20,000 bases of DNA from IMG/VR virus record IMGVR_UViG_3300029305_002672, one strand, 5' to 3'. Positions 8,005-15,386 of this stretch are shown here, piece by piece. The stretch comes from an uncultured virus (IMG/VR IMGVR_UViG_3300029305_002672) (taxonomy: Duplodnaviria; Heunggongvirae; Uroviricota; Caudoviricetes). Made by a program: the position numbers and the translations under genes. Every line of letters begins with the position of its first letter. The stretch's first letter is position 1. A model generated the notes under the pieces. The model searched no databases and was not told the origin of the DNA. It saw only the letters and a list, made by a program, of their open reading frames with translations.

Positions 8005-8357
8005 GCAAAGAAAAGAAAGAGACAACGCAAGAGCGTCTTGAGCGCATGAAGCGTGAAAGAGAGGAAGCAGCAAAGAAGACGGGGAGCACAGACAGCAGCC
8101 TCATCGACCAGCTGACCCATACATCTGACGGAGAACCGAACTTCGCTGAGATCGCCCGGAAGCTGCGCGAACGCCAGGAGCAGGAGACCAAGGGTGAAAA
8201 TGACGGATACGTCAAGATGACCATCTACATCCGCGAGGATATAGCCGACGCCTTCAGCTCGCTGGTCACCAAGCGCGGTCAGCAGAAAGAATTCGCCAAT
8301 ATCGCCTTTGCAGACTTTGTACAAAAGAAAATCCGTGAGCTCGGACTTGATAAATAA
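8001..8357 (+). CDS. putative type Ib partition partner / ribbon-helix-helix DNA-binding protein
   Basis: Coupled to parA (ATGA overlap, AAGGAGG); charged flexible N-terminus; C-terminal alternating strand YVKMTIYI followed by two helices. Confidence 0.7.
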   Translation: MSKEKKETTQERLERMKREREEAAKKTGSTDSSLIDQLTHTSDGEPNFAEIARKLRERQEQETKGENDGYVKMTIYIREDIADAFSSLVTKRGQQKEFANIAFADFVQKKIRELGLDK

Positions 8358-8373
8358 AAATCCTGCGAACGTA

Positions 8374-8406
8374 AAGAAAAACACACGAAATCGTGTGTTT
8401 TTTCTT
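8374..8406. terminator. bidirectional intrinsic terminator between the convergent par operon and integrase
   Basis: AAGAAAAACACACGA-AA-TCGTGTGTTTTTTCTT inverted repeat with A/T tracts on both sides. Confidence 0.8.
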
Positions 8407-8415
8407 ATTTTACCG

Positions 8416-8463
8416 ACAATTACCATCGAACATATGTGCTTTTGTGTGATAAAATCGAATTGT
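8416..8463. other. candidate attP of the serine integrase (48-bp imperfect inverted repeat, predicted central dinucleotide CT 8439-8440)
   Basis: Terminal ACAATT/AATTGT plus five more symmetric inner positions; just 3' of the integrase; size typical of large serine recombinase attP. Confidence 0.5.
8427..8440. promoter_or_regulatory. candidate Firmicutes LexA (SOS) box
   Basis: CGAACATATGTGCT versus the ideal palindrome CGAACATATGTTCG (12/14). Confidence 0.4.
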
Positions 8464-8489
8464 ACCAAAATTATTAATACCTATCCTCC

Positions 8490-9884
8490 TTACAACGACC
8501 ACTCAATGCGCACATCCCCGCCATTGATATGTATGCTGTCCACCAGCTGAAAGAGTAGAACCCGTCGACCTCGAATATCCGCATCATTCCATCCGAACGC
8601 AACATCACGGAGCACGGACCTCAAACCGTTTACATCGTATTGCTTCGGCACATCCACCCGAACTTCGGGCGCAACCTTCATTCTTTCGGCGTGAGCCTGC
8701 CCTATTCTATCAGCGACCTCGGAAACAGATGCAAGTGCGTCGTGCTGGAGCAAGTCCATGAGCCTGTTTATTTCTTCCGTCAGACGCTCAAACTCCCCGG
8801 ACTTGGGACCAGCGACAGAGCTGCCAGCCATGGCGGCTCTTTTTTTTACAATCTCGTCGACCTGCGTCGGATCGGACGCAAGATGCAGCACCTTCGCCTC
8901 CACCATAGCGTCGAGCTCCTCCACGGGAATGTGCGGAGCCATGCACGACGGGTCTTTTATCATCTTCTTGTTCTTTTTCGCGCGGGAGTGGCACGAATAT
9001 ACCACCCTACCATTAGGACGCTTGTGAGGGAAATATCGCGCCCCACAGGACGCGCAGTAAATCAACCCTGTTAGTAGGTAGGCGCTGTCCCCGGAGGCTT
9101 CAGCGCGTTTCTGGCGAGCCCTACGAGCCTTCACGCGGCGGTCAACGTCCTCCGGCACGATAGCCGTATGACGCCCCCTGCTCAAAACACCATCGAAATG
9201 CACGGTACCGGCATAGAGCGGATTGTCAAGCACGTTCCCGACGGTCGACGTGTGCGACCAATCGCCGTGCTTGGTACGGTACCCATCCATCCGCCGGGAA
9301 ATCTCCGTGACCGAGAAGCCGTCAGCAAAGAATCCGTAGACCATCCGCACCTGCTCCGCCTCTGCTGCATTCACGACCAATTCACCATCAACGTAGTCGT
9401 AGCCGATAGGGTCCGTTCCACCGCCATGCCAGAGCCCCTCTTCGGCGCGCCCGGCGCGTCCCATCAGAGTGCGCTCGGCAATCGTCTCGCGCTCCATTTG
9501 GGCGAAGACACTGAGGATGCCCACCATGGCGCGACCGTAGATCGTCGTTGTGTCGAATGATTCCTGCATCGAAACAAAATCCACACCGTTCGCCATGAAG
9601 ACGTCTTCAATCAGATACAGCGTGTCCTTTTGGGAGCGGGACAGCCTGTCCAGCTTATAGACCAGGATGACATCATACTTCCCGGCGGCAATGCCATCCA
9701 TCAAATTCACGAGTCCCGGTCTGTCCATGGTAGACCCGGAGTGTCCGGGGTCGACGAACAGCCCAGCGACAACCCACCCTTTGGCCTTGCAATAGGCTAT
9801 GAGCCGTTCCTTTTGCAACGGGATCGAATACCCCTCATCCTGTTTTGACGTCGAAACCCTTACATATATCGCTACCCTTTTCAT
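8490..9884 (-). CDS. int: large serine recombinase (phage integrase)
   Basis: YVRVST catalytic Ser motif, D.G.SG…RP, KLDRLSR, recombinase domain (PIGY; LDNPLYAG), Zn ribbon YLLTGLIYCASCG…YSC…C; start 9884 fits the AAAGGA RBS (alternatives 9890/9893). Confidence 0.96.
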   Translation of the reverse strand: MKRVAIYVRVSTSKQDEGYSIPLQKERLIAYCKAKGWVVAGLFVDPGHSGSTMDRPGLVNLMDGIAAGKYDVILVYKLDRLSRSQKDTLYLIEDVFMANGVDFVSMQESFDTTTIYGRAMVGILSVFAQMERETIAERTLMGRAGRAEEGLWHGGGTDPIGYDYVDGELVVNAAEAEQVRMVYGFFADGFSVTEISRRMDGYRTKHGDWSHTSTVGNVLDNPLYAGTVHFDGVLSRGRHTAIVPEDVDRRVKARRARQKRAEASGDSAYLLTGLIYCASCGARYFPHKRPNGRVVYSCHSRAKKNKKMIKDPSCMAPHIPVEELDAMVEAKVLHLASDPTQVDEIVKKRAAMAGSSVAGPKSGEFERLTEEINRLMDLLQHDALASVSEVADRIGQAHAERMKVAPEVRVDVPKQYDVNGLRSVLRDVAFGWNDADIRGRRVLLFQLVDSIHINGGDVRIEWSL

Positions 9885-9951
9885 GTCCATCATCCTTTTT
9901 GCTTTTCGACCATTATCTCATATTTAGCAAAATAGACAGAGCAAAATCCTT

Positions 9952-10056
9952 GTTTTTGTGCAAAACAGAGAAAACAGAAAAAATGCAGAAAACCCCTTGA
10001 TTTTCCCCAGAAAAGTGGTAAAATGTAGGCACAGAAGAAACACAGAAAACTCACAG
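9952..10056 (+). promoter_or_regulatory. promoter P2 (homolog of P1) driving the early recombination/replication operon
   Basis: TTGATT 9997-10002, TGG-TAAAAT 10016-10024; CAG at 9975, 9986, 10008, 10032, 10043, 10054; aligns ungapped with 196-300 (82/105 by hand count). Confidence 0.85.
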
Positions 10057-10082
10057 CCCAAACCTGTAAGGAGGTGTAAAAC

Positions 10083-10550
10083 ATGAAAAAGCAGCTATAC
10101 GTCGCATACGGTATCAACTTGAGCACTCTGCGAATGCGCTCCCTGAGCCCAACCGCCAAGCCCATCGCGAAGAGCTGGTTGCACGACTATCAGCTGACAT
10201 TCCGCGGGCTGCCTTACGGAGCGCAAGCGACTATTGTTCCGGCTCCCGGCTATTCGGTACCGGTCGCCGTGTGGGAAATCACCGAGGACGATGAGAACCG
10301 CATGGACTTCTGGGAGAGAATCGACGGCGGCAACTACGAAAAGCAGCACATCGTTGTCGAGGTCGACGGAGAGATGAAAGAGGCTCTCGTCTACATTATG
10401 ACCCCCAAAGACACCGAGGTTTACGGAATACCGTCCAACTCGCACATGGAGCTCATATTTGACGGATACAAAGACTTCAACTTTGACACAGAAATACTGA
10501 TTGAAGCCATTGTCCGCGCACATCAAGAATCTATTTTGAAGGAGGCATAG
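10083..10550 (+). CDS. gamma-glutamylcyclotransferase (GGCT/AIG2-like) family protein
   Basis: YVAYGxNL, L.DY.L.F, ATI.P, VPVAVWEI, D..E and ALVYIM motifs; AAGGAGGTG RBS. Confidence 0.85.
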   Translation: MKKQLYVAYGINLSTLRMRSLSPTAKPIAKSWLHDYQLTFRGLPYGAQATIVPAPGYSVPVAVWEITEDDENRMDFWERIDGGNYEKQHIVVEVDGEMKEALVYIMTPKDTEVYGIPSNSHMELIFDGYKDFNFDTEILIEAIVRAHQESILKEA

Positions 10551-10552
10551 AA

Positions 10553-10822
10553 ATGTCATACAACCAAACGCGCCGAATCGATCCGCAGGGGCGGATTATG
10601 ATTCCGAGCCACATCCGAAAGGAGCTGAACCTCGAACCCGGCTGCCTTGTGACCGTTGAGCTGGGCAACGACCGAACAATCAAAGTAAAGGTAGCGCAAG
10701 CAAGGTGCGCTATTTGCGGAAAGACCATACTCGGAAAGAGTGAATTCAAAATCTGCTCGGAATGCGCTAAGAGCATTGCGAACGCCGAGAAACAGCGAGG
10801 AGGAGACCATGGTAACGATTAA
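10553..10822 (+). CDS. AbrB/SpoVT-family transcriptional regulator with C-terminal Zn ribbon
   Basis: RRIDPQGRIMIPSHIRKELNL.PG plus CAICG…ICSEC. Confidence 0.88.
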   Translation: MSYNQTRRIDPQGRIMIPSHIRKELNLEPGCLVTVELGNDRTIKVKVAQARCAICGKTILGKSEFKICSECAKSIANAEKQRGGDHGND

Positions 10823-11255
10823 GAGAGGGGACCTCCTGGAAGCCACCGAGAAGGTCATAGCCCACCAAGTCAACTGCCAAGGCATAGCCGGAGGGCTTGC
10901 GGCGGACATATTCGCCAAGTGGCCTGATGCCGGGAACGACTACCGTCAAATTTGCCAGCGCCTCAACGGTATCGCCCTCGGAATGCCACAGCTCACAGGA
11001 CAACAGAAAGACGGTCATATCATCGCTAACCTTTACGGACAGTTTAATCCCGGCGCGGACTACCGCCCCAACGCATTGAAAAACGCACTCGAATGCCTCG
11101 GAGAACTGGCACGTAAGAGCGGATGGAGCGTAGCCCTTCCGTATAAGCTCTCCTGCGGCGTCTGCGGCGGAGATTGGGAAGAAGTGCTGAGCATCATCGA
11201 AGAGACTATGGACGGCGTGGACTGCGTCATTTACCAAAGGGAGTGCGACCAATGA
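10809..11255 (+). CDS. macrodomain protein (Poa1p/phage-type ADP-ribose processing)
   Basis: RGDLL, IAHQVNCQG..GGLA, ALPYKLSCGVCGGDW motifs; GAGGAGGAG RBS before ATG 10809. Confidence 0.88.
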   Translation: MVTIKRGDLLEATEKVIAHQVNCQGIAGGLAADIFAKWPDAGNDYRQICQRLNGIALGMPQLTGQQKDGHIIANLYGQFNPGADYRPNALKNALECLGELARKSGWSVALPYKLSCGVCGGDWEEVLSIIEETMDGVDCVIYQRECDQ

Positions 11256-11905
11256 TAATCCTGCCCGAGACCCACGAAGCATGGCTCCAAGAACGGAAAT
11301 TCGGAATCGGAGCATCTGACGCGGCATCCCTGCTCGGAATGAGCAAGTGGAAGACCAATCAGCAGCTCTGGGAAGAGAAAGTCGGACTCCGAGAGTCGGA
11401 GGACATCTCCGACAAGCCATACGTACAGTACGGCCACGACGCAGAACCGCACATCCGAGCACTGTTCGCCCTCAACCACCCCGAGCTTGAGGTGAGCTAC
11501 GAATCGCCCTACAAGATTATTCGGAACGACGAGCACCCGTTCATGTTCTGCACACCAGACGGAGAGCTGAGAGAGCTCCAGACGGGACGGAGGGGCGGGC
11601 TTGAGGTCAAGACCACCGAGATTCGGAACCCATCACAATGGGACGACTGGACTGACCGCATCCCCGACCAATATTACTGCCAAGTGATATGGCAGATGAT
11701 AGCGAGCGGCTGGGAGTTTGTATGGCTTACCGCACTCATCAAATGGTACACGAAGGACGGAGAGCTTCGAATGAACTTCAGAGAATACCCAATCGAGAGG
11801 GATGAGGTACTGGAGGACATAAACCACACCAAATCCAAAGGGATCGACTTTTGGAAGTCGGTCGAAACCAAACAAAGACCGGCACTCAAACTGCCGTCTA
11901 TATAA
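11252..11905 (+). CDS. YqaJ-like viral recombinase / lambda-exonuclease family
   Basis: WL..RK.GIGASD, YG…EP, TPDG, LEVKT, Y.CQV..QM motifs; ATGA overlap. Confidence 0.92.
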   Translation: MIILPETHEAWLQERKFGIGASDAASLLGMSKWKTNQQLWEEKVGLRESEDISDKPYVQYGHDAEPHIRALFALNHPELEVSYESPYKIIRNDEHPFMFCTPDGELRELQTGRRGGLEVKTTEIRNPSQWDDWTDRIPDQYYCQVIWQMIASGWEFVWLTALIKWYTKDGELRMNFREYPIERDEVLEDINHTKSKGIDFWKSVETKQRPALKLPSI

Positions 11906-11929
11906 AATACACAAACAAGGAGAAACCAC

Positions 11930-12820
11930 ATGGAACTACGAATTCAACCCTACACCGCGCCCGAGCCGATTCAGTTCAACTACGAAGAGCTGAAGCAAAT
12001 AATCACCCAGACCTCGGAGCGTTACGCAAACACCGTCTACACAAGCGACCAAATCCCAGAGGCTAAGGCTGACCGCGCAAAACTCAAACGCCTCCAGAAA
12101 GCGCTGAACGACGAGCGCATCAATCGCGAGAGGGAATACATGGCAGAGTTCAATGTATTCAAAGGGCAGATTAACGAGATCATCGGCATCATTGACACCG
12201 CCGTATCCAACGTCGACGGGCAGGTCAAGGCAAGCGAAGAACGCGACAAGCAGAAAAAGCGCGAAGACATCGAAGCATACTGGCAGGAACAGCTGGAGGC
12301 TGGTAAGGTCCCCACCGGCATTATCCTCAAACAGATAGCCAATGAAAAGTGGCTGAACGCCACATTCAAGATGAAGGCTATCCAGACCGAGATAGACGAA
12401 CGCCTTGAGAAGATCGCCTCCGAGCTTGCGGTGATTGAAAATCTGCCCGCGTATGCCTTTGAAGCAAAAGAGACGTACCTTGACACCCTCGACCTCGGAA
12501 GAGCTATCCAAGAAGCCCACAGGCTCACAGAGCAGGCAGAAAAGCGCAAGGCGTGGGAAGCAGAGCAGGAACGCCGCAGAGCAGCCCAAGAGGCAGCCAG
12601 AGCCGCCCAGGAAGCCGCCAGAGCAACGGAAGCGGCGCGTCCGACCGTAAGCAACCCCGAGGTACAAAGTGCGCCTGTAGAGCCTGTAAAGTCCCAGGAA
12701 GAGCCCGAACTGACGGAGAACGTCTATGTCCTGCGCCTTGAGCTGCAGGTCACCAAGAATCAAGCAGCTATGCTGAAAGCCTTTCTGAACGAGAACGGCA
12801 TCAACCACCATAAAATCTAA
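11930..12820 (+). CDS. DUF1351-like coiled-coil phage protein
   Basis: I.FNYEELK…Y…VYT….EAKADRAKL pattern; typical position between exonuclease and annealase. Confidence 0.75.
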   Translation: MELRIQPYTAPEPIQFNYEELKQIITQTSERYANTVYTSDQIPEAKADRAKLKRLQKALNDERINREREYMAEFNVFKGQINEIIGIIDTAVSNVDGQVKASEERDKQKKREDIEAYWQEQLEAGKVPTGIILKQIANEKWLNATFKMKAIQTEIDERLEKIASELAVIENLPAYAFEAKETYLDTLDLGRAIQEAHRLTEQAEKRKAWEAEQERRRAAQEAARAAQEAARATEAARPTVSNPEVQSAPVEPVKSQEEPELTENVYVLRLELQVTKNQAAMLKAFLNENGINHHKI

Positions 12821-12847
12821 CACCCAAACACAAGGAGGAACAACACC

Positions 12848-13585
12848 ATGGCAGTAACAAACAGTATCGCAAAGAGACCCCAGAACAATGACAAGGTAGT
12901 CGAGTACAAGTGCGGTGAGGAGACCGTCAAGCTCTCCCCGTCCATTATCAGAAACTATCTGGTGAACGGCAGCGGCAACGTCAGCGACCAAGAGGTCGCC
13001 ATGTTCCTGAACCTCTGCCGATTCCAGCACTTGAACCCCTTCCTTCGGGAGGCGTACCTCATCAAGTTCGGAAACCAGCCCGCCACCATCGTGACCGGTA
13101 AGGAAGCAATCACCAAGAGAGCTATGAGGAATCCGAAATACGCAGGACAGCAGGCAGGCATCGTTATCTTCCACAGCGATAGCGGAGAGCTGGAGCACCG
13201 CCCCGGCGCTCTCCTGATGCAAGGCGAGCAGCTCATCGGAGGATGGGCAAAGGTCTACGTCAAAGACTACGACGTGCCGATTGAAGCGGTCGTATCCTAC
13301 GATGAATACGTCGGATTAACGAAAGACGGCGTCGTCAACAGCCAATGGGCAAAGAAACCCGCAACCATGATTCGTAAGGTCGCCCTGGTGCAAGCCCTGC
13401 GCGAAGCCTTCCCCGAAGACCTCGGCGGAATGTATGCGTCCGAGGAAGTCGGCGTAGACATCAACGAGACTGCCTTGGCGCCGGTGGAGATGCCGACGCA
13501 GACAGACACAACACAGGGGAATCCCTTCACACACGATTATTCCTACGATGAGCCCCCTGTTATAGAGGAGCTTGATAACTTCTAA
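12848..13585 (+). CDS. bet: phage single-strand annealing protein Bet/RecT
   Basis: LNPFLREAYLIKF, GGWAKVY, W.KKPATMIRKVALVQALREAFP.DL.G.Y motifs. Confidence 0.92.
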   Translation: MAVTNSIAKRPQNNDKVVEYKCGEETVKLSPSIIRNYLVNGSGNVSDQEVAMFLNLCRFQHLNPFLREAYLIKFGNQPATIVTGKEAITKRAMRNPKYAGQQAGIVIFHSDSGELEHRPGALLMQGEQLIGGWAKVYVKDYDVPIEAVVSYDEYVGLTKDGVVNSQWAKKPATMIRKVALVQALREAFPEDLGGMYASEEVGVDINETALAPVEMPTQTDTTQGNPFTHDYSYDEPPVIEELDNF

Positions 13586-13597
13586 ACGACCAAAAAT

Positions 13598-13626
13598 AGA
13601 GCCGGTGCCTTATGGCATTCGGCTCT
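13598..13626. other. intergenic stem-loop without U-tract
   Basis: AGAGCCGGTGCC-TTAT-GGCATTCGGCTCT. Confidence 0.55.
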
Positions 13627-13648
13627 TACCATGAAGAAAGGAAAGAAT

Positions 13649-13891
13649 ATGGAATACGAGAAGGTAAACACCCTTTTTGACTCGGACGAAGCCGAGTATG
13701 AGCATAAAAAAGAGCTATCAATTAACCTTCAGGGCGTGGCCTGTAGCATGATAAAACCCACACATGCCATTCCATGCCTGTTATGCGGGAAAGGCATTCC
13801 CAACGAACACCCGTGGCAATCAGGCCAAATTTGCAAAGAGTGCCAAAAGCTCTGGCAAGAGATAAAGGAAGAGAGGGAACATCATGGATAA
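13649..13891 (+). CDS. small Zn-finger protein
   Basis: CLLCG…ICKEC; GAAAGGA RBS before ATG 13649. Confidence 0.7.
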   Translation: MEYEKVNTLFDSDEAEYEHKKELSINLQGVACSMIKPTHAIPCLLCGKGIPNEHPWQSGQICKECQKLWQEIKEEREHHG

Positions 13892-14426
13892 ATTCTTTAC
13901 ACAAAAAAACTGCGACAGATGCGGCGGATCGCTTGAATGCGGGCGCACCATGTCCATGTACAACAAAGACTGCATCTGCATGGCTTGCTACGAAAAAGAA
14001 AAACAGAGACCCGACTACAACGAAGCTGTCGAAACTGACCATGCGGAGATCAAACGCGGCAACTACAACTTTGAGGGCATCGGATATAGCCAGGACGGCG
14101 AAATCACCGCCGACGCCCAAGAGATAGAGCTCACCATGAAAGCCTATTCCAAAGAAGAGCTCGCAAGAAAGCACGTGCTCCTGACCAAAGACGTCATGCG
14201 AGTGGAAACTGAAAACAAGGCGCTGAAGACCGAACTGGCAAAGGCAACGCTCAAGCAGACACCGAAGAAGCCTGACTACGAGGGCGACGGATATGCAGAC
14301 GGACACCTCGTATATGATATGGCATATTGCCCGGAATGCCGCCACGGATTCGAGGATAATATCAACGATTGGGGCAGCAAATACTGTCCCGACTGTGGCC
14401 AGGCGCTCGATTGGAAGGAAGATTGA
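13884..14426 (+). CDS. double Zn-ribbon protein (apparent fusion)
   Basis: N-terminal CDRCG…CICMAC…GNYNFEGIG module, coiled coil, C-terminal KQTPKKP…CPEC…YCPDCGQALDW module. Confidence 0.8.
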   Translation: MDKFFTQKNCDRCGGSLECGRTMSMYNKDCICMACYEKEKQRPDYNEAVETDHAEIKRGNYNFEGIGYSQDGEITADAQEIELTMKAYSKEELARKHVLLTKDVMRVETENKALKTELAKATLKQTPKKPDYEGDGYADGHLVYDMAYCPECRHGFEDNINDWGSKYCPDCGQALDWKED

Positions 14427-14430
14427 ACAT

Positions 14431-14835
14431 ATGAAAAGCCTTGAAGAATTGAAACGCACAGTCGGGTTGATGATTATGAAAATCGGCATAGATGGCGGAT
14501 GCGGAGAGGTGTGGGCTGGCGGCAAGGCGTTCGGCTCTGTGATATGGTCTTACGGCGGAGGCTGGGAACACGTCAGCCTTGCTCCATATAAACGCAGCCA
14601 CACGCCAACGTGGGACGAAATGTGCCGCCTCAAGGATATGTTTTTCCACGAAGACGAGACGGTTGTTCAGTATCATCCCCCAAAGAGCGAATACGTCAAC
14701 AATATGCCGAACTGCCTGCACCTGTGGCGACCTCTCAAAGAGGTTATGCCGACGCCGCCCTCCATCATGGTAGGGCTGCGCCAAGGTCAGACCGCAGCTG
14801 AAGCACGCAAAGAAATCGAGGAGGTGAAGCCATGA
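14431..14835 (+). CDS. conserved phage protein (GWEHVS…PTWDEM…HP….YVN….CLHLW family)
   Basis: Motif pattern recognised; AAGGA RBS before ATG 14431. Confidence 0.8.
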   Translation: MKSLEELKRTVGLMIMKIGIDGGCGEVWAGGKAFGSVIWSYGGGWEHVSLAPYKRSHTPTWDEMCRLKDMFFHEDETVVQYHPPKSEYVNNMPNCLHLWRPLKEVMPTPPSIMVGLRQGQTAAEARKEIEEVKP

Positions 14836-14996
14836 GCAAGTTTTTCAAGAAAGGCGAACTGCAGGATAAGAAGATCGCCGCGGCATTACGCCAAGCCGCG
14901 GAGGATTATGAGAACGGCGAGATTGCCGAGGTCAAAGGCGTGCTGATTGATATTATCAATGCCATCTCCGACTTCGAGCAGAACTATGAGGTGTAG
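14832..14996 (+). CDS. small hypothetical protein (54 aa, MSKFFKKGEL…)
   Basis: GGAGGTG RBS, ATGA overlap, TAG 14994-14996; not in the ORF track. Confidence 0.75.
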   Translation: MSKFFKKGELQDKKIAAALRQAAEDYENGEIAEVKGVLIDIINAISDFEQNYEV

Positions 14997-14997
14997 A

Positions 14998-15384
14998 ATG
15001 ATGCCTGACAAGAAATTTCATGACGCATACAAAGCAGATGCGTACTTCGTTCCGGCGACCAATGTCATATGCCGGAACTGTGGAACACGGCTCAAGGTTT
15101 ACTACGCCGAAGAGCAGCTCTACGCCGTCAAGTGCGGTTTCTGTGAGACCATCACGCTCGTCAAGGCGAACAATCCGACCGAGGCGATGCGATATGTCGG
15201 CGAGTATGCGGAGAATTTGCCCGTTAAAAAGAAAATCCGCAAGTATTATCGAAAATGTGGTGTTTGCGGAGAACGTCACGAGCAAAGCGAAATGATAAGA
15301 ACAAACAATTCACCGAACGGGTGGATTTGCTTTGACTGCCATAATGCAGAGTACCCCGAATACGAAGATTTTGGCGAGGTGTGA
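14998..15384 (+). CDS. Zn-finger protein (four CxxC pairs)
   Basis: CRNC, CGFC, CGVC, CFDC; GAGGTG RBS. Confidence 0.75.
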   Translation: MMPDKKFHDAYKADAYFVPATNVICRNCGTRLKVYYAEEQLYAVKCGFCETITLVKANNPTEAMRYVGEYAENLPVKKKIRKYYRKCGVCGERHEQSEMIRTNNSPNGWICFDCHNAEYPEYEDFGEV

Positions 15385-15386
15385 TA

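Noticed and set aside
8316..8325. TTTGTACAAA palindrome matching the P1 upstream dyad
   Set aside because: Inside coding sequence (F-V-Q-K), no associated promoter; compatible with chance
10553..11255. AbrB + macrodomain as a toxin-antitoxin pair
   Set aside because: No recognisable toxin (PIN, MazF, DarT) adjacent; both are more simply regulator and hydrolase
12578..12640. Approximately 21-bp tandem repeat encoding RAAQEAA
   Set aside because: Copies differ at synonymous positions; ordinary low-complexity helical linker, not a DNA-level element
11936..13222. 428-aa minus-strand ORF and other long antisense ORFs (5441-6223, 7018-7878, 10767-11462, 13722-14525)
   Set aside because: Shadows of well-supported + strand genes; no recognisable motifs
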